64,000 nucleotides of DNA from a virus (Duplodnaviria > Caudoviricetes): the IMG/VR virus record IMGVR_UViG_640069307_000003, positions 1-64,000 of that record; one strand, written 5' to 3'. This document shows positions 53,460-61,672 of this stretch, in pieces. The notes under the pieces are model-generated. The model saw only the letters and a list, made by a program, of their open reading frames with translations, was not told the DNA's origin and did no database searches. The position numbers and the translations under genes are program-made. Each line of letters begins with the position of its first letter. Position 1 is the first letter of the stretch.

Positions 53460-53521
53460 TAACGCGAGAGGACGCAAAAAAGCCCGCGCTCGGCGGGCTT
53501 GTATAAGGCAGGGAGAGCGGA

Positions 53522-53947
53522 TCAGGAAAGGTCTTTGATCTTCCCGCCGACGTACTTCGCGCGCGTGATGATGTACGGGTTGAACTCCTCCGGCAGAGAG
53601 AGAACCCGTGCACGTTCGAGGTTGTACGCCGCGCGCGTCGCGATTTCCTGATTGCTGAAATACTTCGGCGAATCGTGTGGCACTCGGCCCGCCTTGTTGA
53701 GCAGTCTGGCCGAGGTCATCTCGAACGCAAAGCAGTAGTCGAGCTGGTCGCCCGCGCTCTTGTCGCGCCCGCCGTGCGTATCCACGCCCGAATAGCAGAG
53801 TTGGGCGCGCGTCACGAGCGCATCGGCGTCACTGCCGCTCCTGAATGCCGTCACAGCGTCTCTCACGCCGCGGTCGAGGTCGTCGGTGTCGGCGAACGCC
53901 GGGGCGGCGAGCGAGGCGAGCAGGGCGGCAATTACAAAACGCTTCAT
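53522..53947 (-). CDS. Secreted/periplasmic moron protein
   Basis: Sec signal peptide MKRFVIAALLASLAAPAFA; two Cys; own terminator at about 53476-53500. Confidence 0.75.
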   Translation of the reverse strand: MKRFVIAALLASLAAPAFADTDDLDRGVRDAVTAFRSGSDADALVTRAQLCYSGVDTHGGRDKSAGDQLDYCFAFEMTSARLLNKAGRVPHDSPKYFSNQEIATRAAYNLERARVLSLPEEFNPYIITRAKYVGGKIKDLS

Positions 53948-54006
53948 GGGGTTCCCCTTGTGTAAGTTTTCCGCAAGTATGCCATCCCTGATCTGTTTTC
54001 CTAGCG

Positions 54007-56871
54007 TTACGCAGCAATGCCACCCGTTGCAATCATCGACAGGCGGCGGTCACGCAAGTCTTGGCCGACGGGCTGATCGTTAGACACATGCACCTCCATC
54101 GGCCCGGCGCTATTCATCGGGACCGGGATCGACGCTTGCGCCGCGGGCGGTACGTTGGAAGGCGCAGGCACGCTTGCCGCCGCAATGCTCACGCGCGGTG
54201 GCGAGGGCGGTGCGGCGGCGGTCACTACCGGAGGCGGCACGACCGGGGCGGGCGAGGCGGCCACGGCCACAGTCGTCGACGCGAGCGCGGGCGGCACGCC
54301 CGGCTGCACGCTGGTAGCGGGCGAGGGCGAGGGCGAGGGCGAGGCGGGCGCGACAGGCTTCGTCGGCGCGTTCGAGGCGACAGCAGTAGCCTTGTCGGCG
54401 GGCTTTGCGCTCGCTAAAGCGGTCGCGGGCACGGACAGGTTCGACATATCGCCGACGACTGATTTGCCGCGCGCTTCGAGCGCCGCACTGTTTTTCGCAA
54501 GGTACTCGGCGGCCGTCGTCGAACCCTTGCCGTAGTTCAGCGATACAGCCTTTTGCGTGTTACCAGAAAGTTGCGAAATGTTCTTGCCGTCCTTCGCGCC
54601 CTGAATGATTTCCTTCGCTGCGCCCGGCCCTAGCTGGTGCATCATGTACAGGTTCGCCGCCGTGACCGGCAGCCCCGCTTTTGTCAGTTGCGCGGCGTTC
54701 GCGTTCGCCAGTTGCATCCCGCCTTGAATGTTCTGATCCGCGTTGAAGCGGTCTTTGATGCCAACGCCCGAAGCGGTCGAGCCAGTAAATTGAAAGATGC
54801 CGACTGCGCCAGTCGAGCTAATCGCGTTGGCATTGCCGCCGCTTTCCATCGCCGCGAATTCGAGCATTGTTTTCGGATCGAGGCCGTTTTTCTGCGATGC
54901 CGTGATGATTTTGTCGCGGATTTCAGGCTGCATTCCGCCCGGAAGGTTCGCGCTCGTGTTCGCGCCGCTCGCCTTCAGTTCCTTGATCTTGGCAGCCTCG
55001 TCGTCCGTATAGGTGCCGTACTTCGCAAGTGCGTCGCCGCCTTTCACACCGTCGAATGATTGCTTGCGGCGATATCCCTTGTTGAGCTTCGAATAGATGC
55101 CTTCGCCCCAATCCATGACCGCGCCGCCCGCGCGCGCAATCGGCGCGGCCATCTTCTCGACGCGCTCTTTGCCGTAGTCCACGGCAGCCTTGCCGATTTC
55201 CTTCGCCTTTTCCGCACCAGTCTTGGCGACATTGACAACTGGCTCGGCGGCCTTTTTCGCTTGATCGACCGCAGCGCCCGCGACTTCTTTGCCCTTCTGC
55301 ACGATGGCGTCAACGTCAATACCAAACTTGTCCTTCAGGAACGCTTTCGCGCCATCGACGATGCTTTTCCACGCATCGCTAACCGTCTTGCTGATCTCGC
55401 CGAGCTTGTCGGTGACGGTTTTCCACGAGTCTTTGAAGAACCCGACGGTAGACTTCCACGCACCGGTAATCGTGTCCGCGACCTTCGACCAATCGACGGT
55501 CGCAAGCCATGCGCCGACGAGTTCGCCGACCTTGTCGCCGAGCACGCCACCGACAACCGCTCCGACAGGTCCGCCTAGCAGCATACCGATGCCGCCGCCA
55601 AGCAGCGCGCCAATGCCGGAACCCGCGCCGGTAAAGCGGTCCTTTCGGTTTTCCTCATCGCTCTTGTTCGGGTCGCCCGGCCCGAACATCGAGGCGAGAG
55701 CCGAGCCGCCTGCGAACAGTGCGCCGAGTAACGGCAGGCGACGTAGCCCCAACTTGCCGAGTCCGAGCGCGCCGCGCCCGAGCAACTTGAGCAGTCCGCC
55801 CCCGCCGACGAACAGCCTCATGATGCCGCCGCCCATACCGCCGAGCAGCTTCGACATGCCGCCGCCGAGCAGGCCAAAAAGCCCGCCCTTGCCGCCGCCT
55901 TCCGCTACGCCCGTCTTGCGCTCGATTTCCTTCAGCGTGCGTTGCTCCGCAATGCCGAAATCACTGTGCTGGCGGCGCGTGAGGCGCAGTTCCGTAAAGA
56001 TGCGGCGATACCACGGGATAGCGCCATCCTTGCCGCCAAATCTCCCGGCAATGGACCTGCCGAGGTTGCCGAGCGTGCCGAGCGGCCCGCCGAGCATCTT
56101 GCCCATTTCATGTGCGGCCTCGATGGTCGGATCGACCTTGTCGAAGTCGCCCATGTCCGGTGCGCTTGGTCGCGAGAATAGCCCTTTGAGCTTCGAGAAC
56201 AGGCTGCGGCTGTCTCCGCCATCGCTTGCGCCGCCCGAGCCGAAACGCCCGCGCGCGTCGCGCGTCTGGTTGGCCGCGCGCGCCGCCGCAGCTTCATCTT
56301 TGCCCTGATTTTTTGCCGATGCCTGAGCGCGGGATTCTCTCGCGGCCTGCGCGGCTTGTGCGGCCTGCGCGCGGGTGAGCGAATTGACGGCCTGCGTGAC
56401 CGGCGTGAGGTCGGTCGACGGCGCGGGCTGCGCGGCGCGCGGCCGGCGCGGGGCGCGGCCATCAGTCGATGCGGGCGAGGCCGCATCCGGCGCGAGCGTC
56501 GGCGCGCGCATGGGCATGACAGACTCGGTCGCAGGCGCGCGCGCGACAAACCGCCCGCGCTCGTCACGCGCACGGTCCCATGCGGCCGTGCTTGCATTCA
56601 CGCGGGGCAAGGGGACCGAGGCCGTGCTCGGTGCGCCCGATGTGTTGCGCGCGTTGGCGCGCGCGCGGGGGGAGGCCGCCTGCAGGCTGCTCGCCCCTGA
56701 GTTGGGGTTCGGTACTTTCTGGCGGCGCAGTAGGCCCGTCTTGGCTCCATGTTGCAGCAGGGCGAGAATTGCGCCGGTGTCGCTCCTGATGCCGTTGAGG
56801 CCGCTTGTCAGGTCGCTGTGATCGAGCGCCTTGTCGGCAATCAAGAACCCTTGTGAGTCCGCTTTAATCAT
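54007..56871 (-). CDS. sit: Tape measure protein with lytic transglycosylase domain (P1 Sit-like)
   Basis: Gly/Ala-rich helical and TM region; SLT motif AMESGGNANAISSTGAVGIFQF. Confidence 0.85.
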   Translation of the reverse strand: MIKADSQGFLIADKALDHSDLTSGLNGIRSDTGAILALLQHGAKTGLLRRQKVPNPNSGASSLQAASPRARANARNTSGAPSTASVPLPRVNASTAAWDRARDERGRFVARAPATESVMPMRAPTLAPDAASPASTDGRAPRRPRAAQPAPSTDLTPVTQAVNSLTRAQAAQAAQAARESRAQASAKNQGKDEAAAARAANQTRDARGRFGSGGASDGGDSRSLFSKLKGLFSRPSAPDMGDFDKVDPTIEAAHEMGKMLGGPLGTLGNLGRSIAGRFGGKDGAIPWYRRIFTELRLTRRQHSDFGIAEQRTLKEIERKTGVAEGGGKGGLFGLLGGGMSKLLGGMGGGIMRLFVGGGGLLKLLGRGALGLGKLGLRRLPLLGALFAGGSALASMFGPGDPNKSDEENRKDRFTGAGSGIGALLGGGIGMLLGGPVGAVVGGVLGDKVGELVGAWLATVDWSKVADTITGAWKSTVGFFKDSWKTVTDKLGEISKTVSDAWKSIVDGAKAFLKDKFGIDVDAIVQKGKEVAGAAVDQAKKAAEPVVNVAKTGAEKAKEIGKAAVDYGKERVEKMAAPIARAGGAVMDWGEGIYSKLNKGYRRKQSFDGVKGGDALAKYGTYTDDEAAKIKELKASGANTSANLPGGMQPEIRDKIITASQKNGLDPKTMLEFAAMESGGNANAISSTGAVGIFQFTGSTASGVGIKDRFNADQNIQGGMQLANANAAQLTKAGLPVTAANLYMMHQLGPGAAKEIIQGAKDGKNISQLSGNTQKAVSLNYGKGSTTAAEYLAKNSAALEARGKSVVGDMSNLSVPATALASAKPADKATAVASNAPTKPVAPASPSPSPSPATSVQPGVPPALASTTVAVAASPAPVVPPPVVTAAAPPSPPRVSIAAASVPAPSNVPPAAQASIPVPMNSAGPMEVHVSNDQPVGQDLRDRRLSMIATGGIAA

Positions 56872-56873
56872 GG

Positions 56874-57719
56874 TCAGGTCTGGTCAAACATGAACGAGTC
56901 GAACTGAACGAACGACATTTGAATTTCCTGCATACCGTCCTCCGCCCGGTTCAGTTCGGTTTCGAGGCTGCCGCACCGCATGATGTACTTCTCCTCGTAA
57001 CCGCCGTAGCGCTGCATCACGTCGTCATTGATGGCGGCGTGAAGAATGCGGACCTGCACGAGGTAATCAGCCGGTACGCCGAATGTTCCATCGGAGTGCG
57101 CGAGCAGATCGCAGCGCGTCTGGAACCATCGCTTGATCGAACCGTATGAGTCGTCGAGCGTCGTGATGCGCATTTCTGTGCGCTCTGAACCGTGAATCAC
57201 GTCCATCACGCCAGCGCCGATGGCACGGCCTTCGCCCGAAATCGTGAGCGGGCCAATCGAAATGTTGGTCGCGAACAGGTTGAATAGGCCCGATGACTGG
57301 CCCTGCGTGCCGCCTTGGTCCGGGTAGAAGTCGAGGATTTCGACGAAAAACAGGTTCTTTTTCGCGTACTGCGTGGCCTGCACTTCAGCGCAAATCTGTT
57401 GCGCCTCGTAGGGCGTGATGCCGCCGAGCAGTTGGTTGCGATTGCTCTTGAAAAGCAGGTCTGAAATCAGCTTGCCATTGAGCGTTTGCTCGATTTTCTG
57501 GCCGATTTTGGTCTGGCGCAGCGCATCGAGGCCCGCGCCGAGATAGTCGCCATTCAGCGCCTTGTTGAGCGGACCGGACGCCTTCGGAGCGATCTTGCCG
57601 ACGGCCGTTTGCAGCAGCGCACGGCCCGCGCCGACGGCAGAAAATCCCGACACGAGGCGACCTACCCGACTCGCGATCTGCGACGAAACGCGCTGCGTGA
57701 CCTCGTCAAAAATAGACAT
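56874..57719 (-). CDS. Tail tube initiator / baseplate protein (P1 PmgB-like position)
   Basis: Directly upstream of sit as in P1; tube-like beta fold motifs. Confidence 0.6.
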   Translation of the reverse strand: MSIFDEVTQRVSSQIASRVGRLVSGFSAVGAGRALLQTAVGKIAPKASGPLNKALNGDYLGAGLDALRQTKIGQKIEQTLNGKLISDLLFKSNRNQLLGGITPYEAQQICAEVQATQYAKKNLFFVEILDFYPDQGGTQGQSSGLFNLFATNISIGPLTISGEGRAIGAGVMDVIHGSERTEMRITTLDDSYGSIKRWFQTRCDLLAHSDGTFGVPADYLVQVRILHAAINDDVMQRYGGYEEKYIMRCGSLETELNRAEDGMQEIQMSFVQFDSFMFDQT

Positions 57720-57721
57720 AC

Positions 57722-59341
57722 TTACTCCCCGTCGGCATTGCCGCTGCCCGGTTTGCCACCGCCAAAGCGGCTGCCGCCACCGCCACCAAATCCACCGCCT
57801 CCACCAAAGCCGCCGCCATCGTCCGGGGCTTCATCGGCAGGCTTCGGCATTCCCTTGACGATCAAATCAGCCTGATCCTCGTCGAGCAGCATGATTTTCG
57901 TGAGAATCTCGTGCATGGCCTTTTCGTCGAGGCCCAAGTCGCGCAGTTGTGCAAGCGTTTGAACCATGATGGCGGCCGAATTCATGGCCTCCGTCTTCGT
58001 GTGCTGGCGCTCGCTTTCGAGGGCGGAAATCGTGCCGTAGAAGTTGACGTGCCACGGCCTTTCATCCTTGGAGAACACCTCGCCATACTTGTGGAAGGTG
58101 TGAACGTCGATGATCGAGTTAAAGAAGTCGGTCAGCGCCACGCGCAGCAGGCGCGAGCGCTCCGCCGATTGCGCTGACGAGCGGAAGAAACCGCCATCGC
58201 CCAAGCCGCCAGAGAGCAGTTCTGCAAAGCCGATCATCGACAGGTCGATACCGAGCGCGCCCGATAGGAGCTTGGCGTAAAACAGCACGTCTTCGATGCT
58301 GACCGAGCCGCTAGGCCCGCGCCCTTGGCCGTTCGTGAGGCTCCCGTTGAGCGCCGTAAGCTGCTTTTCGCCGAACGTCGGGATGATGTGATAGATGCGT
58401 TCGAGGAAGGGCTTTCCGCTGCGAACCGCGGCCTCTGCGCGCGCCTTGCTCGCCTTCAGGATCTTCGTGATGTTCCTCATCACGTCGTCCCGTTGCTGCT
58501 TGGTCATGCCGTCCTGATTCATCGTAATCATCGACTCGTCGATGGAGTCGAGGACACGCTGGCCGGTCAGGCTGATAAGCGCGGTCGTCAGTTGGTCGAA
58601 TGGGCTTTCCGCGCCGTCGAGGAACGAGCCACCTACAAGCGAGGGCATGAGCGGCAGCTTGTTGATATCGTCCTCTTTGAGCGCGAGCTTGATGGCCTTT
58701 TCCACCGCGCGCACCTGTGGGATATAGACCATGCGCGGCATTTTCATGCGAGCCATCTGATGCAGGGAGAGCCTGTCCGATGACTTCGGGCCGGATGCCG
58801 CGACAAAGCCGACGGTCTGATTGCCGCGCTCGTAGGGCGTAATCATCGACGGATGCACAAGTTCATCCACGTACACATCGACGACACCGTTTCTGCCGTC
58901 GGTATAGATGCGCCCGTATGCGTCGCCAAACGCCGCGCCATTGAAGCCGACCGTGTACGCGATACGGTTGAAAATCGGCGCGAGGTTCGTGGAGATTTCG
59001 GCGGCGATTGCGGACTTTTTCTTGTCCTCCTTCGCACCCGGCGCAGTTTCGATGAACACCACATCGCCCGACGTTTCGTGACCGCCGAGCGCGGCCGTTA
59101 CGTGCAGGCGCATAGCCGTAGAAATGATCGGGTCGCCCGACATTTCCATCCACTTGTAGTAAAGCTGCTGGCGGTTACGAGCGGGGCGCTTCGCGTTGCC
59201 GAGCAGCATCGAAATGGTCATGCCGTCGGCGAATGCGTCGGCCTGTTCCGTTTCGGTAATGAGGTTGTTTTCTGCGCGGCTGCCGAACAGCTTCGACAAA
59301 AAGCCTTTGGACTTGCCGCGCGGTTCGTCAGGTGTTGGCAT
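57722..59341 (-). CDS. prt: Portal protein (P1 Prt-like)
   Basis: R..LY..W.EM..DPIISTAMRLHVTAALGG portal motif; start moved to MPTPDE, downstream of the late promoter. Confidence 0.8.
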   Translation of the reverse strand: MPTPDEPRGKSKGFLSKLFGSRAENNLITETEQADAFADGMTISMLLGNAKRPARNRQQLYYKWMEMSGDPIISTAMRLHVTAALGGHETSGDVVFIETAPGAKEDKKKSAIAAEISTNLAPIFNRIAYTVGFNGAAFGDAYGRIYTDGRNGVVDVYVDELVHPSMITPYERGNQTVGFVAASGPKSSDRLSLHQMARMKMPRMVYIPQVRAVEKAIKLALKEDDINKLPLMPSLVGGSFLDGAESPFDQLTTALISLTGQRVLDSIDESMITMNQDGMTKQQRDDVMRNITKILKASKARAEAAVRSGKPFLERIYHIIPTFGEKQLTALNGSLTNGQGRGPSGSVSIEDVLFYAKLLSGALGIDLSMIGFAELLSGGLGDGGFFRSSAQSAERSRLLRVALTDFFNSIIDVHTFHKYGEVFSKDERPWHVNFYGTISALESERQHTKTEAMNSAAIMVQTLAQLRDLGLDEKAMHEILTKIMLLDEDQADLIVKGMPKPADEAPDDGGGFGGGGGFGGGGGSRFGGGKPGSGNADGE

Positions 59342-59369
59342 GGCGATAGACGAGAATAGATCAGCGTTG

Positions 59370-59411
59370 ATCTTCGCTGCCGTTCTCGCGCGCGCTCGCT
59401 TTGCGTTTTCC
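59370..59411 (-). promoter_or_regulatory. Putative late promoter (GGAAAA-N30-GAAGAT) of the portal operon
   Basis: AGGAAAACGCA box identical to the 20954 site; 30-bp spacer. Confidence 0.55.
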
Positions 59412-59665
59412 TCGCGCGCCGCCAAAAGCAAAAAACCCCGAAAGGCGTGTTGCCTTCCGGGGTTTCTCGCTCAACTGCACTTCTACTTGATCGTGACGGT
59501 TTGGGCTGGCCTCCCTTGCCGTCGTGCGGGCTTTTGACCTCGCATCGCCGCGCTCACCACCACAGAAAGCGCGACAACGGGTGAGACTATACAGGGCACG
59601 CCAACGCGAGGGAAGGGCCAACTATACGATAGTTGCCGCCCCTTATATCTCGGAGTGAATCGCTC

Positions 59666-59812
59666 TTATTCGCGCTCGCAGTAGTAGCACTTGAATTGCG
59701 CGTGACGCGGGCTGCCGCACGTCTTGCACGGCACGATTTTCGGCGCGTACAGTTCGCGCACTTCCTTTTCGCGCTTGCGGTACAGCCGACCGTCTAGCTT
59801 GATTTTCTTCAT
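59666..59812 (-). CDS. Small basic zinc-ribbon protein, 48 aa (not in the ORF track)
   Basis: MKKIKLDGRLYRKREKEVRELYAPKIVPCKTCGSPRHAQFKCYYCERE; AAGG RBS. Confidence 0.55.
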   Translation of the reverse strand: MKKIKLDGRLYRKREKEVRELYAPKIVPCKTCGSPRHAQFKCYYCERE

Positions 59813-59856
59813 GGCCTTACCCGTGAGGCCCGGCTCGGGGCCGGGCCGGGTTGATA

Positions 59857-60183
59857 TCAGCAGCCCATGCGCATTTCTGCACGGCGTTCAGCGGCGAGGT
59901 AGCGGGCCGTTTCGGCGTCCTCGCGCCGCTCCTCCTCGCCTGCGCCCCACTCGCGCCTCTGCTCGGCCGTCATGGCTTCCTCGTCCACGACTTGAACCTT
60001 TCCAGTACCGTTGCAGTCGTCGCAGCGCACGTCATAGCCGCCCGCGAAATACGTGTCGCGCTCGTCTTGCGGCCAATCCGCCCATTCGCTCGACGTGATG
60101 CCGTTCGAGAATGCGGGGTGATCGTGCTTGCCTTCGCCCTTGCAGCGGCAGCAGATTTCCCATTTCATCGGAAAGTTCGACAT
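59857..60183 (-). CDS. Hypothetical protein with CxxCxGxG repeats
   Basis: CCRCKGEG and CDDCNGTG; AAAGGAG RBS. Confidence 0.7.
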   Translation of the reverse strand: MSNFPMKWEICCRCKGEGKHDHPAFSNGITSSEWADWPQDERDTYFAGGYDVRCDDCNGTGKVQVVDEEAMTAEQRREWGAGEEERREDAETARYLAAERRAEMRMGC

Positions 60184-60243
60184 TGCGTGTGCTCCTTTGC
60201 TCGGCGGATTTGAGAGGCCCGGCGCGCGGCCGGGCGAGGTTGG

Positions 60244-60423
60244 TTAGGCAGGGAATTCGGCGCGGCGGGCTTCCTGCTTCGCGAGCGCGGCGAACTGGCT
60301 GTGCGCCACGTCAGCCGCCGCAATCCGCTGGACGATCTGCATGAGATCGCTGTAGCTCGGGAGTCCAGCGTTTGTCGCGTGGGCGTCTGCGTTCGCGATT
60401 GCTTCGATTTGTGCTTCGTTCAT
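60244..60423 (-). CDS. Hypothetical phage protein
   Basis: First ORF after the promoter at 60487. Confidence 0.6.
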   Translation of the reverse strand: MNEAQIEAIANADAHATNAGLPSYSDLMQIVQRIAAADVAHSQFAALAKQEARRAEFPA

Positions 60424-60458
60424 CGTCGTTCCCATCCTTGTTGCGTTGCGTTTGTATT

Positions 60459-60487
60459 AATGTATGCGCTCACGAAAAATAACGCAA
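60459..60487 (-). promoter_or_regulatory. Promoter TTGCGT-N17-TACATT (second copy of the 7888 element)
   Basis: Shares CCCCTTGCGTTA...GTGAGCGCATACA with 7884-7914. Confidence 0.65.
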
Positions 60488-60524
60488 GGGGTTGGAACAA
60501 AATTTTTGTAGTGTCAAAAAGTAC

Positions 60525-60553
60525 TTGAATCCCCAACTTTCCGACACTACAAT
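60525..60553 (+). promoter_or_regulatory. TA operon promoter TTGAAT-N17-TACAAT
   Basis: Near-consensus boxes 9 nt before brnT. Confidence 0.75.
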
Positions 60554-60562
60554 AAGTGCTCT

Positions 60563-60841
60563 ATGGAAATCACATTCGACCCGGCGAAAGACGCCACCAA
60601 CAAACGAAAGCACGGCTGTTCACTCGCCGACGCGGCCCGGTTTGACTGGGACACGTTGATATACGAGGTTGATAGCCGTTTCGATTACGGCGAAACCCGC
60701 TATCGAGGCTTGGGCTACATAGGGGACCGGCTGCATCAGGTCGGTTTCACGTTCGAGGGCGAGGCATTCCGCGCAATCAGCCTGCGCAAGGCAAACCGCA
60801 GAGAGGTAAGGGCATATGAACAAGGTAACGCATCAACGTAA
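60563..60841 (+). CDS. brnT: BrnT-family ribonuclease toxin (DUF497)
   Basis: FDPAKDATNKRKHG..LADA...YGETR...ISLRKAN.RE. Confidence 0.9.
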   Translation: MEITFDPAKDATNKRKHGCSLADAARFDWDTLIYEVDSRFDYGETRYRGLGYIGDRLHQVGFTFEGEAFRAISLRKANRREVRAYEQGNAST

Positions 60842-61124
60842 GCATCCGGCGATTTCTGACGCCGAGGAGGCTGCAATCCAGCGCGGCATCGCCGCCGACC
60901 CGGACGCGGCGGAAATCCCTGCCGAGAACATCAAGGCCATGCGCCCGTTCTCGGAACTTGTCGCAAAGAAGCGCATGGGACGGCCGCCGTCGGAGAACCC
61001 GAAAGAGCAGGTCACGATGCGTTATGACTCGGACGTGCTCGCGGCCTTCCGCGCGACGGGCGCAGGCTGGCAGACGCGCATGAATGAGGCGCTTCGGACC
61101 TACCTGAAAGAGCACGCGCTATAA
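60816..61124 (+). CDS. brnA: BrnA antitoxin (DUF4415)
   Basis: GRP...PKEQVTMRYDSDVLAAFRATGAGWQTRMNEALR. Confidence 0.9.
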   Translation: MNKVTHQRKHPAISDAEEAAIQRGIAADPDAAEIPAENIKAMRPFSELVAKKRMGRPPSENPKEQVTMRYDSDVLAAFRATGAGWQTRMNEALRTYLKEHAL

Positions 61125-61148
61125 AAAAGCCCGGCACGAGGGCCGGGC
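61123..61148 (-). terminator. Terminator of the darB-ulx transcript, convergent with brnA
   Basis: GCCCGGC hairpin with a T6 run on the minus strand. Confidence 0.7.
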
Positions 61149-61222
61149 GAATGCAAATCGGGTTGTGTATCCGCCGCTTGTCGCGGTTCGAGATAGACCA
61201 CCTCCTTTCACGTTGCAATGCC

Positions 61223-61618
61223 TTACTTCTGCTCCTCCATGTCGGGATCGTAGAGGAGCAGGGTGATATCGTCTGTGAGGTCGTATTCGCGCGTCTGCAC
61301 GCCCCATGTGCCGCTTGAATCGTCGGAGAACTCCCACGCCGCGATCAGCGTCAGTTCGGGCATCTCGCACGCATATTCGTTCGCCCAAATGGGTTCCTGA
61401 TACGTGCCGACGCCCACACCTTGCTCGATCAGAATGCGCTTGACCGCCCACCAATACGGACCGTAGCGAAGGTATTGCTTCTTGTCGCGCGTGAGCACCT
61501 TCGCGGTTTGCGCAACGAAAATCGGCAGTAGTGCCTTGTCCGCGCCGACCTGTTGCTGATACTCCGCCTGCTTTGCCTGCAAATATGCAGGGTCCATCTT
61601 GAAAGCCGTAATCGTCAT
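61223..61618 (-). CDS. ulx: Ulx-like protein (Dar system)
   Basis: YLRYGPYWWAVKRILIEQG and PELTLIAA match the recalled P1 Ulx motifs YGPYW..IKK.L.E.G and P.LTLIAA; follows a very large ORF as in P1 darB-ulx. Confidence 0.7.
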   Translation of the reverse strand: MTITAFKMDPAYLQAKQAEYQQQVGADKALLPIFVAQTAKVLTRDKKQYLRYGPYWWAVKRILIEQGVGVGTYQEPIWANEYACEMPELTLIAAWEFSDDSSGTWGVQTREYDLTDDITLLLYDPDMEEQK

Positions 61619-61672
61619 GGCTCATGTCCTGTGTGAGGGGCCGCCGCTCGATACCGGGCTGCGGCCCGCCTG

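Noticed and set aside
53960-54001. Late promoter for the periplasmic moron (CTAGGAAAAC box)
   Set aside because: No acceptable -10 hexamer at 29-30 bp spacing (CTTACA/TTACAC).
54322-54345. GAGGGC hexamer repeat
   Set aside because: It only encodes the Pro-Ser linker of the tape measure protein.
57730-57820. CCGCCA/CCACCG low-complexity repeats
   Set aside because: They encode the Gly-rich portal tail; no separate element is evident.
59342-59431. N-terminal extension of the portal ORF (MLLAAREEN...)
   Set aside because: It overlaps a terminator and the late-promoter motif and has no RBS; the downstream start is preferred.
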